Shown here: in pieces, positions 9,548 through 19,324 of the stretch
How the letters are laid out: every line of letters starts with the position of its first letter
Numbering within the stretch: position 1 is the first letter of the stretch
DNA from: Myxococcota bacterium
GTDB lineage: Bacteria > Myxococcota > XYA12-FULL-58-9
Assembly (NCBI GenBank): GCA_022703175.1
Contig: JAKLEG010000001.1
Coordinates: 1-53,298, forward strand
Direction: 5' to 3'
DNA length: 53,298 nucleotides
Made by a program: the position numbers and the translations under genes
Notes under the pieces: generated by a model
What the model was told of the DNA's origin: nothing
The model's database searches: none
What the model saw: only the letters and a program-made list of their open reading frames with translations

Positions 9548-10501
9548 ATGATGATCGCACTGCCTTGTCTGATGTTCCTGGTGACCGAGGCACCTACCCC
9601 ACTCACAACGACTGTCGATGAAAGCTGGTTGTTGGCACAGGTGCCACAGGCGCTGGCCAAACTCGGAGACCCTTGGGACGGTGCCACAGACGCTGCGCTA
9701 GAGGGAACTCGGGCATTGACGCCCGATGACCCGATGTGGCGTGAACTCACGCCGCTGTTTGCCACGTTGGCACAACGAGAACCAAAGGGGATCGCGCCAC
9801 GGTCCATCCCATGCCAAAAAACTTGCCCATGGTGGAAACTCGCCTCGGTCGACCTTGATCATGACGGCCAACCAGAGATTGTCATGACCGGCGGCAACGG
9901 TCCGGCGCCATATTTTGCTGTCTTGCAGCGACTGAACGTGAGTCCGAAACCTAACTGGCGCATCTTGTACGACGCGCCTTTTCGTTACCTGGGCGCAACC
10001 ACGCACGACACTGGCCTCTATCTGTTCGCGGGTTTCGACGGCTATGGCGTCGCAAGTCCTACCATCATGATCGCTCGCATCGACGCACCTAACAGCGACA
10101 AGCCCACGCCCTGCCGGTGGCAGTTCAACTTGCTAGAGGCGCTGCCCAATAAACTGCCCACAACCGTTGACGCGATACCCGCAACAACCCTTCGCCAAAC
10201 ACAGTTGCGCACAACCCCCATGGTTGACGATGCACCCAACGACCGAGGCCTTGGTGAAGTTTTCCCTGGCAACCTGTTCCAAACCCTCACACAAGCCTCC
10301 AGCGGCTGGTGTTGGTCGACGCCCGAGGCTGACCCCGAGCGTGATTGGTCGCTTTGCCTGTTTGTCGGCAACTCACCGCTTGGGCGACCAAAGCCACGCG
10401 CGGCGATGCTCAAGGCGCGAAAATTGGTTCGAATGCCCCTCACCTGCGGCAGCGAGTTCTTAGTGGGTTGGCTTCGCGTCAGCGATTGGCACACGCCCTG
10501 A
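9548..10501 (+). CDS. hypothetical secreted protein (FG-GAP-like DLDHDGQPEIV motif; SH3b-like C-terminus, tentative)
   Basis: ORF 9413..10501. The ATG at 9548 gives a hydrophobic N-terminus MMIALPCLMFLV. The upstream 45 codons are basic junk-like sequence. Confidence 0.45.
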   Translation: MMIALPCLMFLVTEAPTPLTTTVDESWLLAQVPQALAKLGDPWDGATDAALEGTRALTPDDPMWRELTPLFATLAQREPKGIAPRSIPCQKTCPWWKLASVDLDHDGQPEIVMTGGNGPAPYFAVLQRLNVSPKPNWRILYDAPFRYLGATTHDTGLYLFAGFDGYGVASPTIMIARIDAPNSDKPTPCRWQFNLLEALPNKLPTTVDAIPATTLRQTQLRTTPMVDDAPNDRGLGEVFPGNLFQTLTQASSGWCWSTPEADPERDWSLCLFVGNSPLGRPKPRAAMLKARKLVRMPLTCGSEFLVGWLRVSDWHTP

Positions 10502-10543
10502 ACAAGGAGAGTCTGCGCGAACACCACTTCGCCAGGTGAGACC

Positions 10544-11665
10544 TCAATCATGCGTCGACGGCACGGGGTTGGCGAACGCTGCTATTCGCAACGACAACTC
10601 ATCACGTACGCGGCGAAATGCATCTATACGAGCCTCGGCGTCGGTGAGGGGGACTGGGTCGGAGAGTTGCCAAACTTGCGCAGGCCGGCTCGGGTCAAAC
10701 GACAACGTCGCCTCCTCCCCCAGCACCACGATGGTATCAATGTCGCCCATCGGCACGTCGCTTAACGCTTTGGGTCGTTGCGCCGAGATATCGAGCCCCA
10801 CCTCACGCATCACCAGCACCGCGTCCGGGTGGATGCTGCCCGTAGGTGCAATCCCTGCGCTCCAGACATGCACACCGGTGGGTAACACTTTGCGGGCCCA
10901 ACCCTCGGCCATTTGGCTGCGCGCCTGGTTGTGGCGACAAATAAACAACACTCCGTGCGGGGCTGCGACGCGACCTTCGGCCTCAACATGCCCCACGTGG
11001 CGCACATCTTTGCCTTGGGTCTTGAAGATCACCAGCTCCGCCACGTTGGTGACATGATCGCCGATTCGCTCCAGGTACTTAGCGATGGATTGCAGGCGCA
11101 TGGCGCGCGGGATCGCGCGTGGGTCGGCCATCATGTAAGTCAACAGCTCGCGAAAGATTTGGCCGTAAAACGAGTCCACGTGCCGATCGGTTTCGATCAC
11201 CTGCTGGGCCCGACCGCTGTCTCCCACCACAAGGGCATCCAACGCGTCGCGCAGCATCTGCTGCACCAGCACCGCCATCGCCGGCAAGTCGATGAGTGGC
11301 TTCAACAGCGGCTCACCGTTGAGCTCAATGGCGCGCTCACAGATGTTCACAGCCAGGTCGGCCATCCGCTCCAGGTCGGTCACGAGCTTGAGCGTGGTGG
11401 TCACCATCCGTAGGTCAGAGGCCACCGGTTGCCGACGAGCCAAGATGCGGTGCGCCAAACCATCAATGAGCACTTCTTGGCGATTGACGCGGTGGTCAAA
11501 CGCAATGGTTTGCCGCGCTAACTCGTTATCTCGCTCGGTCACCGCGCGCATGCTGCGAGCGATCATCGCCTCGACATTGGCACCCATCAGCAGCACCTGG
11601 TCGCGCAGCTCGTGCAACTCGGCCTCAAACTCCCTGTCGGTGTGCTCTCGTACCATGGCGCTCAT
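10544..11665 (-). CDS. phoU: PhoU phosphate-signalling protein fused to a C-terminal LMW-PTP/ArsC-type phosphatase-fold domain
   Basis: Residues 1-225 align by eye with E. coli PhoU (both repeats; [39 protein letters not shown]). Residues ~237-373 read [18 protein letters not shown]...VWSAGI...LSDP...FRRVRDEL, which is the CX5R(S) P-loop family of S. aureus/B. subtilis ArsC. The start overlaps the pstB stop. Confidence 0.85.
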   Translation of the reverse strand: MSAMVREHTDREFEAELHELRDQVLLMGANVEAMIARSMRAVTERDNELARQTIAFDHRVNRQEVLIDGLAHRILARRQPVASDLRMVTTTLKLVTDLERMADLAVNICERAIELNGEPLLKPLIDLPAMAVLVQQMLRDALDALVVGDSGRAQQVIETDRHVDSFYGQIFRELLTYMMADPRAIPRAMRLQSIAKYLERIGDHVTNVAELVIFKTQGKDVRHVGHVEAEGRVAAPHGVLFICRHNQARSQMAEGWARKVLPTGVHVWSAGIAPTGSIHPDAVLVMREVGLDISAQRPKALSDVPMGDIDTIVVLGEEATLSFDPSRPAQVWQLSDPVPLTDAEARIDAFRRVRDELSLRIAAFANPVPSTHD

Positions 11666-12507
11666 CCAAACCGCCCGGTGAGGTAATCCTCGGTGCGCGG
11701 GTCTTTGGGGTTGGTAAAAAGTTGCTCGGTGGCGCCGCTCTCCACGAGCTGCCCCATGTAGAAGAAGGCCGTCACGTGGGCCACGCGCGCGGCCTGCTGC
11801 ATGTTGTGAGTCACGATGACCATCGTGTAGCGACCGGCCAGCTCGTGGATGAGCTCTTCAATGCGCGCGGTGGCGATGGGATCCAAAGCCGAGCAGGGCT
11901 CGTCCATCAGCAACACCTCGGGCGCCACGGCCAACGCCCGAGCAATACAGAGCCGCTGCTGTTGGCCGCCCGAAAGGCTTGTGCCCGGCCGATCCAAGCG
12001 GTCTTTGACTTCATCCCACAAGCCGACTTGCTGCAACGCCTGCTCCACCACCGCGTGTGCGTGCTTGGGACGCTCACGATTCAACGTCAAACCGGCCAAC
12101 ACGTTGTCGCGAATGGATAAGAACGGAAACGGCGTGGGCTTTTGGAACACCATCCCCACCCGGCGCCGCGTCACCACGGGATCGACCGTGTAGATGTCTT
12201 GCTCCCCCAACCACACCCGACCCTGCGCGCGTGCGCCGGGCACGGTTTCGTGCATGCGATTCAAGCAGCGCAAGAATGTCGACTTGCCACACCCAGAGGG
12301 TCCAATGATGGCGGTCACTTGGCGCTCGGCAAGCGCAAGCGTCACACCTTTCAACACCTCTTGGGTGCCAAACCAGGCACGTAGATCATCGGTGCTCATT
12401 TTCGCCGATGACCGAGGTCGCTCGGGCGGAAACGGCAGCGGCGCGGGCGTGCTGCGTGAGCCTATCGGGCGCACGGGCCCTGCGATCGCCGGTTCTAGTT
12501 CCATCAT
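11662..12507 (-). CDS. pstB: phosphate ABC transporter ATP-binding protein PstB
   Basis: Walker [10 protein letters not shown], signature [14 protein letters not shown], Walker [13 protein letters not shown] and the PstB-typical C-terminus [13 protein letters not shown]. Position follows pstA. Confidence 0.95.
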   Translation of the reverse strand: MMELEPAIAGPVRPIGSRSTPAPLPFPPERPRSSAKMSTDDLRAWFGTQEVLKGVTLALAERQVTAIIGPSGCGKSTFLRCLNRMHETVPGARAQGRVWLGEQDIYTVDPVVTRRRVGMVFQKPTPFPFLSIRDNVLAGLTLNRERPKHAHAVVEQALQQVGLWDEVKDRLDRPGTSLSGGQQQRLCIARALAVAPEVLLMDEPCSALDPIATARIEELIHELAGRYTMVIVTHNMQQAARVAHVTAFFYMGQLVESGATEQLFTNPKDPRTEDYLTGRFG

Positions 12508-13352
12508 AAGGCCATTCCTCCACGAGCGCGGCGGGTGACAAAACGCGCGCCCAGGTTGGCTAGAAGTACCAATGTTACGAGCACCAGCGCCGCAGCCCAG
12601 GCCTGCTGGTGCCAGGCTTCGAAGGGGGACGACGCGAGGGTGAAAATCTGCAACGGCAACGCGGCCATCGGCTCGCTAAGGTTCCATGCCCAGTACTGGC
12701 TGCCGAAAGCCGTGAACAGCAGTGGCGCGGTCTCACCGGCTGCGCGTGCCACTGCCAACATGATGCCTGTGGCCACGCCAGGCAGTGCGCTCTTGAGCGT
12801 CACCGAGAGGGTCACCCGCCACGCAGGTAGACCCAACGCCAACCCAGCTTCGCGCAAGTGTATCGGCACGAGCCGCAACAGCTCCTCGGTGCTGCGCGTG
12901 ATCGTGGGGAGCATCAACACGGCCAACGCCAAAGCGCCAGCAAACGCCGAAAAGCCATGCATCGGCATCACCACGGCGGTGTAGACAAACACGCCCACCG
13001 CAATGCTCGGCGCCCCGGCCAACACGTCGGCCACAAAGCGCACGATCTGGACAAAACGGCTCTTGCCGCCCTCCGCAAGCGCGATGCCAGCCAAGATCCC
13101 CAAGGGCATGGAGAGCAAGAGCGCCACGCCCACCATGATACCGGTTCCAAGCAGCGCTTGGCCGACGCCACCACCCACTTCGCCAAAAGGCTTGGGCAGC
13201 TCAGTGAACAGCGCGAAGGAAAGCCCGCGGGCGCCGTGACTGACGAGCCAAACCAACACGCTGACGAGCGGCACCAAGGCCAACAGCGTTGCCAGGCCAC
13301 ATAGGCCGCGGCCCAAGCGATCGACCAGGCGCCTATGCCGAAAGAGACTCAC
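12504..13352 (-). CDS. pstA: phosphate ABC transporter permease PstA
   Basis: Six-TM permease with the EAA-loop-like [14 protein letters not shown]. Overlaps pstC and pstB by 4 bp. Operon position supports the call. Confidence 0.9.
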   Translation of the reverse strand: MSLFRHRRLVDRLGRGLCGLATLLALVPLVSVLVWLVSHGARGLSFALFTELPKPFGEVGGGVGQALLGTGIMVGVALLLSMPLGILAGIALAEGGKSRFVQIVRFVADVLAGAPSIAVGVFVYTAVVMPMHGFSAFAGALALAVLMLPTITRSTEELLRLVPIHLREAGLALGLPAWRVTLSVTLKSALPGVATGIMLAVARAAGETAPLLFTAFGSQYWAWNLSEPMAALPLQIFTLASSPFEAWHQQAWAAALVLVTLVLLANLGARFVTRRARGGMAL

Positions 13353-14308
13353 CGCGCGCCTCCCGGGCTACGAGCAGCGCTTCCGGCCACCCGCCGCACC
13401 AACCCACGAGCGCCCAAGTTCAAAAGCAGTGTCACGGCGAACAGGCTCAAACCGACAAAGGCCAAGGCACCCAAGTGCAACTCTTCGGTGGCTTCGGCGT
13501 ACTCGTTGGCCAACAGGCTGGCCATGGTTTGTGCGGGGGCAAACCATGACAGCGAGATGTCGGCACGGTTGCCAATCACCATCGTGACGGCCATGGTTTC
13601 GCCCAGCGCCCGCCCGAGGCCCAGCATCATCGCGCCCACGATGCCGGGTAGAGCCTGAGGCAACACAGCATCGCGGATCATTTCGAAGCGAGTGGCCCCG
13701 AGCGCCAGTGCCGCCTCACGCTGCGCGCGTGGGATCGCTAAAAGCACGTCCCGACTGATCGCAGCCAAGGTCGGCAGAATCATCACGGCCAACACAAGGC
13801 TTGCGGCCAGCACCCCGAAACCGATGGAGGCGCCTGAAAAGACTGGCAAAAACCCTAGCCAAGTTTGCAGTTGAGGTTGCACTGTGTCGCGTAGCCACGG
13901 CACCAGCACAAACACACCCCAAAGCCCGTAAACGATGCTCGGCACCGCGGCCAACAGCTCCACAGCCACCGTCACCGGTGCTTTGGCGCCCTCAGGAGCC
14001 AACTCCGCCAAATAAACGGCCACACCCAGGGCCACGGGCGCGGCGATGAGCAACGCCAACAGTGATGTCAAAACGGTGCCATAGACAAACGGCAAGATGC
14101 CGAACGTGGCGCCTGCTGGGTCCCAGGTGCGCCCGGTAAGGAGCACCGGACCGAACACCTGCAGCGCGCCCAACGCTGCCCGGCCTAGCTGCAAAAGAAT
14201 TGCCAGCAGCAGCAGCACGAGGAAGGCGGCGGCGGCCACGGTGAGCCCCCGAAACCAACGATCGGCCACCGAGTGGGTGGACGCGGTAGGGTTAAGTGAC
14301 GCTGCCAT
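13349..14308 (-). CDS. pstC: phosphate ABC transporter permease PstC
   Basis: Polytopic permease with REAALALGATRFEMI (EAA loop). Lies between pstS and pstA. Confidence 0.9.
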   Translation of the reverse strand: MAASLNPTASTHSVADRWFRGLTVAAAAFLVLLLLAILLQLGRAALGALQVFGPVLLTGRTWDPAGATFGILPFVYGTVLTSLLALLIAAPVALGVAVYLAELAPEGAKAPVTVAVELLAAVPSIVYGLWGVFVLVPWLRDTVQPQLQTWLGFLPVFSGASIGFGVLAASLVLAVMILPTLAAISRDVLLAIPRAQREAALALGATRFEMIRDAVLPQALPGIVGAMMLGLGRALGETMAVTMVIGNRADISLSWFAPAQTMASLLANEYAEATEELHLGALAFVGLSLFAVTLLLNLGARGLVRRVAGSAARSPGGAR

Positions 14309-14315
14309 GATCGAC

Positions 14316-15338
14316 CTATGGCTTGCCCAGCGTGCTCAACAGCTCTTGCCCCCGCTGCACCACCGCCTGCGGCAGCGGCGCATAGTCGAGCGATGCACCC
14401 AACGGCTGTCCAGTGGTCAACGCCCAGGACACAAAGGCTTTCAGGCTCTGAAGCTTCTCCGGAGCTCGGGGGGTGCGCGGCAAGAGCAGGTAGCTAAACG
14501 CCGCAATCGGGTAGCTGTCGGGGCCCGCGGCATCAAGGATCGACAGACGCAAGTCGGCCGGCAAGGCGCTACTTTTGGCTTGGGCCGCAGCCAAAATCGA
14601 CACGAACGACGGCGCCACAAAGCGGCCGGCGCGATTACCCAGGTCGGCCATCGCCAACTGATTCTGCCGAGCGTAGGCCAACTCGATGTAGCCGATGCTA
14701 CCTTTGACGCTCTTGAGTTGAGCCGTGACCCCTTCGTTGCCTTTGGCGCCCAGCCCCACCGGGAAGCGCACGCTCTTGCCCATACCCACGCTTTGCGCCC
14801 AGCTTGGGTTGGTCGCAGCCAAATACTCGGTGAACAGGGCCGTGGTGCCGCTGCCATCGGCGCGCACCACCACCACCACCGGCAGGTCGGGCAACGTCAG
14901 GGCCGCGTTCAAACCTTTGAGCGCGGGGTCATTCCAGCGACTGATGCGTCCCGAAAACAGCTCGGCTAGGAGTTTCGCATCCAGACGCAGCCCGGCAACG
15001 CCAGGCAGGTTGTAGCTCACCACCACGGCACCTAGCGTGGCTGGGATGTGCACCACGCCGCCTGGGAGCTTGGCGATTTCGGCATCGCTCATCGGCGTGT
15101 CGCTGGCGCCAAAATCTACCGTTTGCGCGAGCAGTTGCCGGATGCCGCCGCCCGAGCCGATGGCTTGGTAGTTAATCCGCAGCTCCGGATGAGCCTTTTG
15201 GTACTCGGCAATCCAGCGGGCATACAGAGGGTAGGGGAACGTGGCACCCGCACCTTGAATCGTCACGTTGTCGGCGCGGGCCGTCGCGGCGCTACCTAGC
15301 ACCAAAACGGCGGCGGCCATGAGAGTACGAAAACGCAT
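14316..15338 (-). CDS. pstS: phosphate-binding protein PstS
   Basis: ITIQGAGATFPYPLY, YQAIGSGGGI and GASD motifs. The ATG at 15336-15338 gives signal peptide MRFRTLMAAAVLVLGSAATARA and is preceded by AGGAGG. The track start at 15392 would swallow the Pho-box-like repeat. Confidence 0.9.
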   Translation of the reverse strand: MRFRTLMAAAVLVLGSAATARADNVTIQGAGATFPYPLYARWIAEYQKAHPELRINYQAIGSGGGIRQLLAQTVDFGASDTPMSDAEIAKLPGGVVHIPATLGAVVVSYNLPGVAGLRLDAKLLAELFSGRISRWNDPALKGLNAALTLPDLPVVVVVRADGSGTTALFTEYLAATNPSWAQSVGMGKSVRFPVGLGAKGNEGVTAQLKSVKGSIGYIELAYARQNQLAMADLGNRAGRFVAPSFVSILAAAQAKSSALPADLRLSILDAAGPDSYPIAAFSYLLLPRTPRAPEKLQSLKAFVSWALTTGQPLGASLDYAPLPQAVVQRGQELLSTLGKP

Positions 15339-15385
15339 CGCTGAACCTCCTGCAGGCTTTGTGGGGTTCAGGATGACGTGGTTGT

Positions 15386-15403
15386 GTGACAACCAGGTGA
15401 CAA
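15386..15403 (-). promoter_or_regulatory. Pho-box-like direct repeat (TTGTCAC-N4-TTGTCAC) upstream of pstS
   Basis: The minus strand reads TTGTCACctggTTGTCAC: two identical 7-mers with an 11-bp period. They lie about 48 nt upstream of the pstS ATG, in the gap between the phoR stop (15417) and pstS. Geometry matches the E. coli PhoB box (CTGTCAT-N4-CTGTCAT). Confidence 0.5.
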
Positions 15404-15416
15404 GTCGGCAACGAGT

Positions 15417-17186
15417 TTAGCCGCGTGGCACCGTGAAGCTGAAGGTCGAGCCTTGGCCGACTTGGCTGTGCACCTGCACCTGGCCGCCCATGGCCAACAC
15501 ATAGTGGCGTACAATGGCGAGCCCGAGGCCGGTGCCACCCAACTCACGCGAGCGCCCCGGGTCAACACGGTAGAAGCGCTCGAACAGTCGGGGAAGATGC
15601 TGCGAGGCGATACCTGGGCCCGTATCGATGACAGAAAACTCAACAAAATCAGCAAGTAACACCGCCCTGACGGTGACACTCCCAGGCCCCGGGCCATACT
15701 TCAAGGCGTTGTCTACGAGGTTGCTCAACACCCGCTCAAAGGCTCGGGCATGCACGCGCATCGGCACGGCCACGGAGGTGGTCTCGTTAAAAAGTTGAAT
15801 GCCTTTGCTGCCGGCGCGCGCTTTAAAAGGTTCCAGGAGCTTTTGCACGGTGGCCTCGACCGGCAGGCTGTCGAGCACCAGCGGGTCGGCGGTGGCCTCG
15901 GCGCGGGAGAGCTCCAACAGATCGGCGACCAGCTGGCCCAAGCGGGTGGCATGCCGCCCGATCATTTCGGCACATTGTCGAGAGGCCTCAGGATCATGTC
16001 CTAAGCTCTGCTGTAGCGTCTCCGCGGCCGCGGCCAGGGTGGCGACCGGGGTACGCAACTCGTGCGAGGCGTTGGCGACAAAGTCCCGACGCACTTGCGT
16101 AGCTCGCAACAGCTCCGAGACATCCACACATACGCACAGCACCTCACCAGGCCTGCGCGTGGTGGGCACAGCACTAACGCGCAGCCACTGCGGCGGCGGC
16201 CCCGGGAGCTCCAACTCGGCACGCCCGGGGCTGCCGCTTTGGCGCACTTGGGCCACGAGCGTCTTGAGGGCCGGCAGGCGAACCACCTCTAGCAAGCTGC
16301 GCCCCACCACCGCGCCGTCTATTTGCAGCATGCCACCAAGGCCGGGATTCAAACGCACCACGGCATCGTATGGATCGAGCAGCAGCACCCCTTCTTGCAT
16401 CGTGTCCAAAATGCCGGCCAAGAGGTCCCGCTCACCGCGCAGCTCCAAGAGCGTCGCCGACAAGTTTGCGGCCAGTTGGTCCAACACCCGTCCCAGCTCG
16501 CCAAACTCATCGGCTTGGGTTACGCCGGTGCGACAGGCGAGGTCGCCCGCGGCCATGCGCTGAGCACTTTGAGTAAGGCGCTCGGCAGAGCGGGAGGCCA
16601 ACACGGCCGCAGCTGCCGTCAACACGACGGCAAACAGCAGTGCCATGGCACCCGCCAAGAGCAGGCTGCGATTTGCCACCCCCACCAGTCGTTCTACTTC
16701 GGTGAGCGGCAACGCCAAGCGCACCACACCGTGCTGATCGTTGTCGTCGTGGAAGGTTTGGGCCACGTAGAGCATCTGCGCGCCCAACGTATGGCTGCTG
16801 CGCAGGCTTTCGCCCACGCCGTTGTTGCGAGCCTGAACGATCTCAGGGCGCAGGGCGTGATTCTCCAGGTGTGCCACCTCTTGGACGGCCACAAGTGAAT
16901 CTCCTAACACGGTGCCGTCAGCGGCCAACAAGGTGACGCGGGCCTCGGCCTCACGCCCGAGCTCAAGGCTCAAGGCTTGCCACTTGGCCGCGTCATCGCG
17001 ACTCAAGCGCGCCTTGTCCACCGCCACCACGGCGAGCTTCGTGCGCCGATGTAAATCTTCGCGCAAACGCTCGGTCAGCAGCTGAGAGAGACGCGGCGTC
17101 AATAGCAGGCTTGCCACAAGCACTGTTGCGGCAATGAGCCCTAACGCCAACGCAAACAGCTTGGTGCGAATCCCCCAGCGGATCAC
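15417..17186 (-). CDS. phoR: phosphate-regulon sensor histidine kinase PhoR-like (two TM segments, ~145-aa extracytoplasmic loop, HAMP, PAS, HisKA, HATPase)
   Basis: H-box FVANASHELRTPV, N-box LSNLVDNALKY and G-boxes DTGPGI / GGTGLGLAIV. Overlaps the phoB stop by 4 bp and lies adjacent to pstSCAB. Confidence 0.85.
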   Translation of the reverse strand: MIRWGIRTKLFALALGLIAATVLVASLLLTPRLSQLLTERLREDLHRRTKLAVVAVDKARLSRDDAAKWQALSLELGREAEARVTLLAADGTVLGDSLVAVQEVAHLENHALRPEIVQARNNGVGESLRSSHTLGAQMLYVAQTFHDDNDQHGVVRLALPLTEVERLVGVANRSLLLAGAMALLFAVVLTAAAAVLASRSAERLTQSAQRMAAGDLACRTGVTQADEFGELGRVLDQLAANLSATLLELRGERDLLAGILDTMQEGVLLLDPYDAVVRLNPGLGGMLQIDGAVVGRSLLEVVRLPALKTLVAQVRQSGSPGRAELELPGPPPQWLRVSAVPTTRRPGEVLCVCVDVSELLRATQVRRDFVANASHELRTPVATLAAAAETLQQSLGHDPEASRQCAEMIGRHATRLGQLVADLLELSRAEATADPLVLDSLPVEATVQKLLEPFKARAGSKGIQLFNETTSVAVPMRVHARAFERVLSNLVDNALKYGPGPGSVTVRAVLLADFVEFSVIDTGPGIASQHLPRLFERFYRVDPGRSRELGGTGLGLAIVRHYVLAMGGQVQVHSQVGQGSTFSFTVPRG

Positions 17187-17878
17187 GAGTCGACCTTTGC
17201 AGGCGCTTGAAAGCGATAGCCAATGCCGCGCACCGTTTCGATGTAACTCCCCGCGACACCTAGTTTTTCGCGCAGACGCTTAATGTGGGTATCCACCGTA
17301 CGAGTGGTGATGTCGGCGTGAATCTCCCAAACGTCAGCCAACAAAACCTCGCGGCTTTGTACCCGCTCGCCGCGCTCATACAACGTAAGCAGGAGCTTGA
17401 ACTCCAGGGCCGTGAGGGGGACCTCGGTGCCCGCGACAATCACTCGGTGCGCGGCGCGCTCAAGGGTGAGCTCCCCCACCCTGATACACTCGGCGTCGGG
17501 GGGAGCTTGGCTTGTGCGCCTGAGCACCGCCTCAATGCGCAGCAGCAACTCGCGCACGCTGAACGGCTTGACCACGTAATCTTCGGCTCCCAGCTCAAAA
17601 CCCAACACCCGATCGATCTCTTCGCCTTTGGCGGTGAGGAACAGCACCGGAATGGCCTGGGTGCGCAGCTCGCGCTTCAATGCTTTGCAGACGTCGAGGC
17701 CCGAGCCATCGGGCAACATCAAGTCGAGCAGCAGCAACTGTGGCGGCGTACGACGGGCCTGGGCCAAACCAGCGGCGGCGGTGCCCGCACATTCTACCAG
17801 GTGGCCGGCCTGCCGCAGGTTGTAGGCAAGCAGCGTTTGTAGATCCGGCTCATCTTCGATCACCAGGATGCGGGCCAT
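17183..17878 (-). CDS. phoB: OmpR-family response regulator PhoB-like
   Basis: Receiver motifs MARILVIEDE, LLLLDLMLPD and KPF, followed by a winged-helix output domain (LTALEFKLL, RTVDTHIKRLREKL, VRGIGYRF). Confidence 0.85.
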   Translation of the reverse strand: MARILVIEDEPDLQTLLAYNLRQAGHLVECAGTAAAGLAQARRTPPQLLLLDLMLPDGSGLDVCKALKRELRTQAIPVLFLTAKGEEIDRVLGFELGAEDYVVKPFSVRELLLRIEAVLRRTSQAPPDAECIRVGELTLERAAHRVIVAGTEVPLTALEFKLLLTLYERGERVQSREVLLADVWEIHADITTRTVDTHIKRLREKLGVAGSYIETVRGIGYRFQAPAKVDS

Positions 17879-17989
17879 AAGGCCTTGCTACTCTTGGCAG
17901 TAAGCCTTCCACAAGGGGCAAAGCGTCAACGTGGTTTCGTGGACGCTGCTTGACTGACTGCCAAACGCTGGCCAAAGGTAAGACCCATT

Positions 17990-18262
17990 ATGACAAACCT
18001 GGATCTGATCCAGCGCGAGAACACTGTACTCCGCGACCAACTCGCCGCGTTGCGTACCCACCTGGCCAACGAACGAACCCTGTTGGCCTATGTACGCACG
18101 GGCCTCGCCTGTTTCGTCACCGGTTTGGGCGGCCTACATCTACTCGAATCGTCGGGGTGGCTCGTGGTGGCCTGGGGTTTGGTCGGCTGCGGCCCTACCC
18201 TTTGGGCATTCGGCGCGTGGCGCTTCGCGCGTTGTCGACGTCTGCTGGCGCAAACACCATGA
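17990..18262 (+). CDS. DUF202 (YidH-like) small membrane protein
   Basis: LANERTLLAYVRTGLA matches the DUF202 signature, followed by two more hydrophobic helices. 90 aa. Ends 61 bp upstream of the A2M operon. Confidence 0.6.
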   Translation: MTNLDLIQRENTVLRDQLAALRTHLANERTLLAYVRTGLACFVTGLGGLHLLESSGWLVVAWGLVGCGPTLWAFGAWRFARCRRLLAQTP

Positions 18263-18323
18263 GGGTTGGTCGTTGCCGCGACCTTACGGATCGTTTAGGG
18301 TTTTGCCACCCGGAGGGGTTCCC

Positions 18324-19220
18324 ATGACCGCGATGATTGCTCCGCTTCTTGCCGTGGTGCTTACGGCAGCGCCCGTCAATGATCGTCAAGTCGGCGTGCC
18401 CATTGGCAAAGGCACCACCAAGCCCAGAGTCACGCTCGCAGCGCCCGCTGGCGGCTGGACCATCGATCGCATGCTGCTCGTCAAAGGCAGTATCTCGGAC
18501 GTCACCGTCGACCCGGTGGTGGTGAGCATCAACGGCGATCGCTATTTGATGCGCACCTACAACGGCGAATTTTCCCGCAAGTTCCCCGCCGCTTCTGGTC
18601 GCAATGTGGTCACGGTGATGGCCACCAACAAAGGCGGCACCGGCAGCGCCCAAGCCACCACCTATGCTGAGATGCCACCCGTCCCTCTCAAGGCCGTGCT
18701 CACCTCTGACACCGACGGCGTCTACACCGACCTGCACATCTGGGAACCCACCGACGACTGCATGACCGCCGACGGTGCGTTAAACGTAAACTCGATGGCA
18801 CATGTCTATTGGGCCAACACCGACAGCCCCTCGGGCGGCACCTTCTTCTTAAATGAGCAGGGTGGCGACTTTGACCAGCCCGCCTACGGCCCCTACCTCT
18901 ACGTGCACCGCGCCCCGCCCAAAGGCATCTACCTCATCGCCACCAACTACTGGCCCTCAGGCGACAAAGCACACACCCTCGGCACGCTGAACCTGGTGCT
19001 CTACGAAGGCACACCGCAAGAAAGCAAACGCACCGTGCGCATCCCGCTCGCCACCCCAGGCACCACCCGCGTGCTCGCCTGGGTGAACGTGGTGGAACCA
19101 GGCAAAACCATGGTCTACGTCCCCGGCCAGGACCCGATGCCCCAGGGTAATGGCTGGCCCAACAACCTAGAAACCGCCACCCAAGCGCTCAATACCGACG
19201 GCGGTGACGGCGGTTACTAA
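18324..19220 (+). CDS. DUF2135/YfaP-like secreted protein (A2M-operon accessory)
   Basis: ORF 18090..19220. The ATG at 18324 is preceded by GGAGGGG and gives signal peptide MTAMIAPLLAVVLTAAP. YTDLHIWEPTDD...HVYWANTDSPSGG...AYGPYLY recalls the DUF2135 pattern. Genomic context with A2M supports the call. Confidence 0.5.
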   Translation: MTAMIAPLLAVVLTAAPVNDRQVGVPIGKGTTKPRVTLAAPAGGWTIDRMLLVKGSISDVTVDPVVVSINGDRYLMRTYNGEFSRKFPAASGRNVVTVMATNKGGTGSAQATTYAEMPPVPLKAVLTSDTDGVYTDLHIWEPTDDCMTADGALNVNSMAHVYWANTDSPSGGTFFLNEQGGDFDQPAYGPYLYVHRAPPKGIYLIATNYWPSGDKAHTLGTLNLVLYEGTPQESKRTVRIPLATPGTTRVLAWVNVVEPGKTMVYVPGQDPMPQGNGWPNNLETATQALNTDGGDGGY

Positions 19221-19324
19221 GTGCGATTGCGGGACAACCCAAGAACCACCATGCCACGAGAACATCGCAGTCGCATGCCGAACGGCGCCAGCGGACTTGA
19301 CGCCAAGCGAATCGACAATCCTCG

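Noticed and set aside
10415-10440. GGTTCGAATGCC, resembling a tRNA T-loop
   Set aside because: The flanking bases cannot form a T-stem or acceptor stem, and the sequence lies inside a coding frame. It is not a tRNA.
14097-14969. 290-aa plus-strand ORF over pstC/pstS, plus similar ORFs at 12535..12984, 12858..13304, 15799..16563 and 16323..16898
   Set aside because: All are antisense to unambiguous pst/phoR genes. Their composition is dominated by Arg/Ala/Gln/His runs.
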